Source: Candidatus Dojkabacteria bacterium (GTDB taxonomy: Bacteria; Patescibacteriota; Dojkabacteria; GCA-002793355). From it: a stretch of 48,594 bases of DNA. The notes below the pieces were generated by a model that was not told the DNA's origin, made no database searches, and saw nothing but the letters and a program-made list of their open reading frames with translations. Where the stretch lies: NCBI GenBank assembly GCA_030583825.1, contig CP129477.1, positions 909,627 to 958,220 on the forward strand, given 5' to 3'. The position numbers and the translations under genes were made by a program. Of this stretch, positions 44,499 to 48,594 are shown one piece after another. Numbering within the stretch: the first letter of the stretch is position 1; each line of letters opens with the position of its first letter.

Positions 44499-44508
44499 GT
44501 TTTACAGT

Positions 44509-44724
44509 CTAAAATAAAAGTGTGTTTCTGATATAACTAAAGAGCGCATCGGCACCCAGTAAATACGCACTAATTATAGCAGAAAATATAAGAACAACAA
44601 GTGTCCTGACGAGCAACTCCTTTGGAGTTGGCCACTGAATCGTCTTGTATGTTCGGAGCAGCTCGATTAAAAACCGTCCTACTGCAGAATCTTCTAAGTT
44701 AAATTTTACTTTTACTCGTGCCAT
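44509..44724 (-). CDS. secE: Preprotein translocase subunit SecE
   Basis: EL....K.I.WPT.KEL...T.VV plus a TM; canonical position before nusG. TGaTATTAT lies 6 nt upstream of the ATG. Confidence 0.9.
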   Translation of the reverse strand: MARVKVKFNLEDSAVGRFLIELLRTYKTIQWPTPKELLVRTLVVLIFSAIISAYLLGADALFSYIRNTLLF

Positions 44725-44746
44725 ATTACTATAATATCATAAAAAG

Positions 44747-44817
44747 CAGGGCTACTCTGACTCGAACAGAGAACGGCGGTTTTGGAGACCGCTGTTTTAC
44801 CATTAAACTATAGCCCT
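44747..44817 (-). tRNA. tRNA-Trp(CCA)
   Basis: GCGGT-CTCCAAA-ACCGC anticodon arm; canonical position between rpmG and secE. Confidence 0.95.
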
Positions 44818-44824
44818 ACGCGAT

Positions 44825-44998
44825 TTACTTAATCTTTACTTCGTTATGAAGCGTATGCTTTTTGCATGCGCGGCTATTACAAAACTTCGACAATGCGAGT
44901 TTTTCTTTAATGGCCAAACCCTTTGCTGTTGTGTAGCCAATTCTTCCACATTCTGAGCACTTAAGACGAATAAGCTGGCTTTTAAGTTTCTTTGCCAT
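44825..44998 (-). CDS. rpmG: 50S ribosomal protein L33 (not in the ORF track)
   Basis: Hand translation: MAKKLKSQLIRLKCSECGRIGYTTAKGLAIKEKLALSKFCNSRACKKHTLHNEVKIK. Confidence 0.9.
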   Translation of the reverse strand: MAKKLKSQLIRLKCSECGRIGYTTAKGLAIKEKLALSKFCNSRACKKHTLHNEVKIK

Positions 44999-45114
44999 GA
45001 TTACAAATGGTCATGTTATTAAGTCGTTGGGCTGAGGTAAAAACTCCAAAGATACTTACTATCTATGCTTTCCTGTCTTTACTCTCGCAGTTAGTTATTA
45101 TAGACTATGGAATA

Positions 45115-45825
45115 ATGAAACTCAATAGTACGGTCATATTGGCAGCAATCACCTCTCCTGCGGGACGCTACGCGGGGATACTTCTCGTTTGGATTTTAAT
45201 TGCATTGTTTATGTTTACACCGTTTTCGTATTTTATTGTAGAAAGAATTCTTGAAACGTCCTCTGCAACAATTGCAAAAGAAGGAACTTCTTACGTGTTA
45301 AGTCCGGTTTCCCTGCGAGTTTCTGCTAATGCAGTAAATGCAACTGAGTTGCAAAACAAGGTATTCCAAAATAATACTGTCGAAATTACATCCCAGTCAT
45401 CGTTGACCGACGCACGTATCGTTGCAATGCGCCGCTTTTTATTAGAGCAAAATTCTCCGCTTATGCCTTATTCCGAACTTATTGTGACAGAGGCCGATAG
45501 ATATGGGCTTGACTGGAGAATTGTTGTTGCCATTTCAGGGGTAGAATCCCGCTTTTGCCGCATCTATCCTGCAGGAACATTTAACGGTTGGGGATGGAAA
45601 GGTGGCCCAGGTGGTGCATGGCAAGAATTTGGAAGCTGGGACAATGCTATCCGCCATATGACCCAGCGTCTTGCTCTCGGATACAATAGACTAAACGATC
45701 CGTACATAATTGAGCCTGTGTATTGCCCACCATGTGCTGCATCAGGCCATAACTGGGCACGAGCTGTGTCTGCATTTATGTGGCAGCTCGATCAACAACT
45801 TGAAAAAAGCAAGCTTCCCCAGTAA
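45115..45825 (+). CDS. Membrane-anchored lysozyme-like/glucosaminidase-like protein
   Basis: N-terminal TM; SPL..Y...IV..ADRYGLDWR.V.AISGVES.F and N.WGW suggest a lysozyme-fold Glu (AxxxxES). Confidence 0.6.
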   Translation: MKLNSTVILAAITSPAGRYAGILLVWILIALFMFTPFSYFIVERILETSSATIAKEGTSYVLSPVSLRVSANAVNATELQNKVFQNNTVEITSQSSLTDARIVAMRRFLLEQNSPLMPYSELIVTEADRYGLDWRIVVAISGVESRFCRIYPAGTFNGWGWKGGPGGAWQEFGSWDNAIRHMTQRLALGYNRLNDPYIIEPVYCPPCAASGHNWARAVSAFMWQLDQQLEKSKLPQ

Positions 45826-45865
45826 AATACACCATTAGAGCTTTTGTTCTAATCACTTTTATAAT

Positions 45866-45939
45866 GCGGGTTTAGTTCAGTTGGCTAGAATGTCTGTTTT
45901 CCAAACAGAAGGTCACGGGTTCGAATCCCGTAACCCGCT
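45866..45939 (+). tRNA. tRNA-Gly(TCC)
   Basis: TCTGT-TTTCCAA-ACAGA anticodon arm; T-arm ACGGG-TTCGAAT-CCCGT. Confidence 0.95.
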
Positions 45940-46012
45940 TTGAGACGGTTATTTGCCTGTTAAGGTAAGTAGCCGCCTCAAGAAAATTACTGGGATTCGA
46001 AACCCGTAACCC
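45940..46012 (+). repeat. Hairpin followed by a near-complete duplicate of the tRNA-Gly(TCC) T-arm/3' end
   Basis: GGGATTCGAAACCCGTAACCC (45992-46012) versus the tRNA GGGTTCGAATCCCGTAACCC; long hairpin at 45940-45981. Confidence 0.75.
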
Positions 46013-46049
46013 ATCTCACTTGGTTATAAGAACGGTTTATATCCTGACC

Positions 46050-46418
46050 CTATTTCTCCGAAACTTCCCACACATTTTTATCTGGATCCAGAAAGTACGC
46101 AACTTTTTGTCCCCACGGAGTTTCTTTTGGGCCTTCAAAGATATTCACGCCTTTCTTTGCTAAATCCTGACAATACTCGCTGATATTATCTACCTGAAAT
46201 GCTAATACTGTTCCACCACCGGCATTCATAAAACGTTTAGGAAACATAAGTGTTGCTTCGTCTTTTTCAAAGATTGCGAGTGAAGTTCCGTTTACTTTAA
46301 AGTCTGCAAACTTACTGTTTACGTTGTTTACTTCAAGTTCAAGCACATCTTTATAAAAAGACAGTGATCTCTCAAAGTTATTAACAAGTAAACACACTGC
46401 AAAAAGTTCTTTTACCAT
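46050..46418 (-). CDS. VOC family protein
   Basis: CLLV.NFERSL.FY.DVL.L and GP.ETPWGQ..AYF.DPD.N.WE. Confidence 0.88.
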   Translation of the reverse strand: MVKELFAVCLLVNNFERSLSFYKDVLELEVNNVNSKFADFKVNGTSLAIFEKDEATLMFPKRFMNAGGGTVLAFQVDNISEYCQDLAKKGVNIFEGPKETPWGQKVAYFLDPDKNVWEVSEK

Positions 46419-46496
46419 ACTGTAAACCGATAATATTTTATATTATTATAATTGTATTTGCCCCGCAGAATAATTTTTAGAGTAGAGAGCTACCCT

Positions 46497-47171
46497 ATGC
46501 ATAAGCTTCAAAAAACTTTACTTAAACGTTTAATCCAGCAAAACAATCTAAGGTTTGGTCAACTGACTTCAGGATATGACTTTGAAGACAATATCTTATG
46601 GCATCTCAACAAGCTTATGGAGAATGAGCTTATTGCAAAAAATAACGGCATATACTCTCTTACATTGTCTGGCATTAAAGAAATTACCAAGTATGAACCA
46701 CTAGAACTCGAAGAAAAAGGAGTAAAAAGCTTTTTTATCGGATTTCTTTGTAAAGATAATGATGAAAACTACCTTATAAAGTCTCATTCTCAGGCAAAAG
46801 TAAATTTCTATAATCTTCCTAGTGGAAAACCATTTTTCGGTGAAAAAATAGAAGACTCTTTGCAGCGTACATTTATGCAGAATACTAGACTTGTGTTGCA
46901 ACCGGAGCGGTTCTCTTTTGTTAGCTTGCATTTAAAAACTATAAAGACAATGCAAGAAGAAATTTTGTTTGACGATGCATTCACTATCTATTCTGTTGAA
47001 ATTCAGGCAAATGAAAAGAAACTGATGTCGCTTATGGAATCTATCAGCTGGAAGTCTCTTTCAGAAATACAAGATTTGTCTCCTAAATGGCCTGAAATTG
47101 ATATGTGTATTCTTAATAAGGATTATTCACCTTATGTGGTGTATGAACACGTTTCTAACTATATTTTGTAG
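46497..47171 (+). CDS. Hypothetical winged-HTH plus Nudix-like fold protein
   Basis: N-terminal LRFGQL......WHLNKL.....I.K..G.YSLT..G (wHTH-like); LPSGK...GE..EDSL.R resembles a degenerate Nudix box. Confidence 0.5.
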   Translation: MHKLQKTLLKRLIQQNNLRFGQLTSGYDFEDNILWHLNKLMENELIAKNNGIYSLTLSGIKEITKYEPLELEEKGVKSFFIGFLCKDNDENYLIKSHSQAKVNFYNLPSGKPFFGEKIEDSLQRTFMQNTRLVLQPERFSFVSLHLKTIKTMQEEILFDDAFTIYSVEIQANEKKLMSLMESISWKSLSEIQDLSPKWPEIDMCILNKDYSPYVVYEHVSNYIL

Positions 47172-47607
47172 GGGACTCGTTATCGCGTACAAGTACTTCG
47201 ACACCTTTATATGCACTCCACGCTTTTACTAAAAGACGCCTCAATGCCTCCATATCAACATCGGAGAGCTTTTTGATATAAAGACATGCTTTTCCTGTGG
47301 TATATTTGCCTAAAGAGGCAAGTTCATCTGTAAATTCTTCCCAGCCTTTGTGTAAGTAAAGTGTGAGTGCTTGCTTTCTTGGTGAGAAGCCTATTACTCC
47401 AAAAGGTAATTCTCTTCCGTTTGGGTATTTTAGAATAATTGAGCCGTATCCAACAATGCTTGGCCCCCACATTGATGCGGACTCCTTCGTTATTTCGTCC
47501 AATATGTTCTTAAGTGCTTTTCCATCTGCTCTGCGTACAGGATTTTCAATAGAATCTAAAAATGCATCAACAGAAGCATTTGTTTTTACTGTTTTAATTT
47601 CGGCCAC
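47155..47607 (-). CDS. DUF1801 domain protein
   Basis: KT..T.ASV..FL, MWGPSIVGYG, GFSPRK.ALTLY and LGKYTTGKACLYIKKL.D. Confidence 0.85.
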   Translation of the reverse strand: MAEIKTVKTNASVDAFLDSIENPVRRADGKALKNILDEITKESASMWGPSIVGYGSIILKYPNGRELPFGVIGFSPRKQALTLYLHKGWEEFTDELASLGKYTTGKACLYIKKLSDVDMEALRRLLVKAWSAYKGVEVLVRDNESPTKYS

Positions 47608-47633
47608 AACGTGAATTGTTTAAGTTAAGAAAC

Positions 47634-48593
47634 TTACTTGACTACTGGATTTCCTGAACCGTTATAAAGAACATAATCAACAGACTCAGGTACAGATGGG
47701 TGTAACAACATTAATCGGTTTGTTTCCTGAAAGACACCTTGTTGGTTGCCTTGGTTTCCAGTATATACGCCGGCACGAAGGAATGCCATTTGCGGAACAG
47801 GGAAATCATAAGCTGGGCCATCTGCTCCAAGCAAGCTTAATTCTACAAATGGGTTAGGGTTACCTGATTCTTCTTTAAGCAATGCTTTTACTCTCCAAAA
47901 CGAGACTCCATACCCTGCGTTTGCTCGGAAAAGCATACATTTGGTTCCGTATCTTGCTGGATCTGGGCATGATGCAAGCTGCTGTATTGCTAAAGATCCT
48001 GGAATACACGATGCTGTTGCTGCTCCACTTCCTGAAATATTCCATACACACTCACCAACAAGTTTTACAATAGTAGTTCCTGATACTGTTTCGCGTGCAA
48101 ATGCTTTTACAAGCAAAGAGCTTCTTGTTTCATCAATGCTGTCGTTATCACTAGTTGAAACAATCATTCGTGAATCGTTTCCGGTTTTTACTCCGACAAC
48201 ACCAGCATCGAAAAAGTGACCTTCAAGATTTTCGCTATTATTAATTTTAAAGCGGATAATTTTGTCATAAGACAATACACGAACATTACTCTCATTTTCA
48301 CAGCGCTTGCTTAAGTCTGTTGCGTCATTTTGACAAAGGTTTAATGGAGTTGCAGTTGATCCACTGGGGGTAATGTTTCCAATACCAATTTTTACATCTG
48401 TACCTGATTGAACGCGAATCTGTCCGTTTTGAATTTGCTGGGTAATGTTATCAACTGCCGATTCCGCAATGGTTTCTGCTCGCGTAGAAGCTCTTTCCAA
48501 ACCTTGTTGTCGAATATCTGTCATTACTCGAGATGTAACGGAAAGCACCACAATTATGGCTAAAACTACTATGATAAGAACGAGTGCTAATGC
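47634..48593 (-). CDS. Pilin-like/PilX N-terminal domain protein, 5' end outside the window
   Basis: The frame stays open to the window edge: ALALVLIIVVLAIIVVLSVTSRVMTDIR....E.A..A...AES, typical of PilX-like minor pilins; Cys pairs in the soluble part. Confidence 0.6.
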   Translation of the reverse strand, partial: ALALVLIIVVLAIIVVLSVTSRVMTDIRQQGLERASTRAETIAESAVDNITQQIQNGQIRVQSGTDVKIGIGNITPSGSTATPLNLCQNDATDLSKRCENESNVRVLSYDKIIRFKINNSENLEGHFFDAGVVGVKTGNDSRMIVSTSDNDSIDETRSSLLVKAFARETVSGTTIVKLVGECVWNISGSGAATASCIPGSLAIQQLASCPDPARYGTKCMLFRANAGYGVSFWRVKALLKEESGNPNPFVELSLLGADGPAYDFPVPQMAFLRAGVYTGNQGNQQGVFQETNRLMLLHPSVPESVDYVLYNGSGNPVVK

Positions 48594-48594
48594 C

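Noticed and set aside
1-48594. Autonomous mobile element (integrase, transposase, prophage, reverse transcriptase)
   Set aside because: No ORF carries recognisable tyrosine/serine recombinase, DDE, HUH, RT or phage structural motifs. Any mobiliser must be encoded elsewhere or be too divergent to recognise by eye.

Overview
Compact, AT-rich bacterial chromosome segment. The gene content and highly divergent proteins suggest a Patescibacteria/CPR organism (inference). TGA acts as a stop codon, consistent with code 11. Housekeeping blocks: ftsW/rodA, def, argS, tsaD/tsaB/tsaE, recO, secA, trmD, a dgkA-wbaP-GT4 group, and a ~9 kb minus-strand run rpmG-tRNA-Trp-secE-nusG-rplK-rplA-rpmB-mreBCD-pbp2-rpmF-nusB-rnc-rpsP-khpA. 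Seven tRNA genes were read directly: Val-CAC, Gly-GCC, Thr-GGT, Thr-TGT, Arg-GCG, Trp-CCA and Gly-TCC; rpmF and rpmG were missed by the ORF track and added by hand. Accessory content is a DpnII-like two-methylase cassette with a MutH/Sau3AI-type nuclease, four VOC genes, two DUF1801 genes and several unknown surface proteins including a 914-aa M23 peptidase. The most striking unexplained structure is a family of 115-200 bp non-coding elements downstream of different tRNA genes. Each sits inside a duplicated copy of its own tRNA's T-arm/3' end and shares ordered internal motifs with the others (GAA-R-C-Y-GAG, a covarying hairpin, ACGAAG, TCGAGGAG, GAGGTGAC|CGA). No integrase or transposase is visible in the window. 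A second genome-wide signal is that many genes have a (TGn)TAnnnT -10 box only 5-7 nt upstream of the start codon, implying leaderless mRNAs. All calls come from motif reading; no database searches were run.
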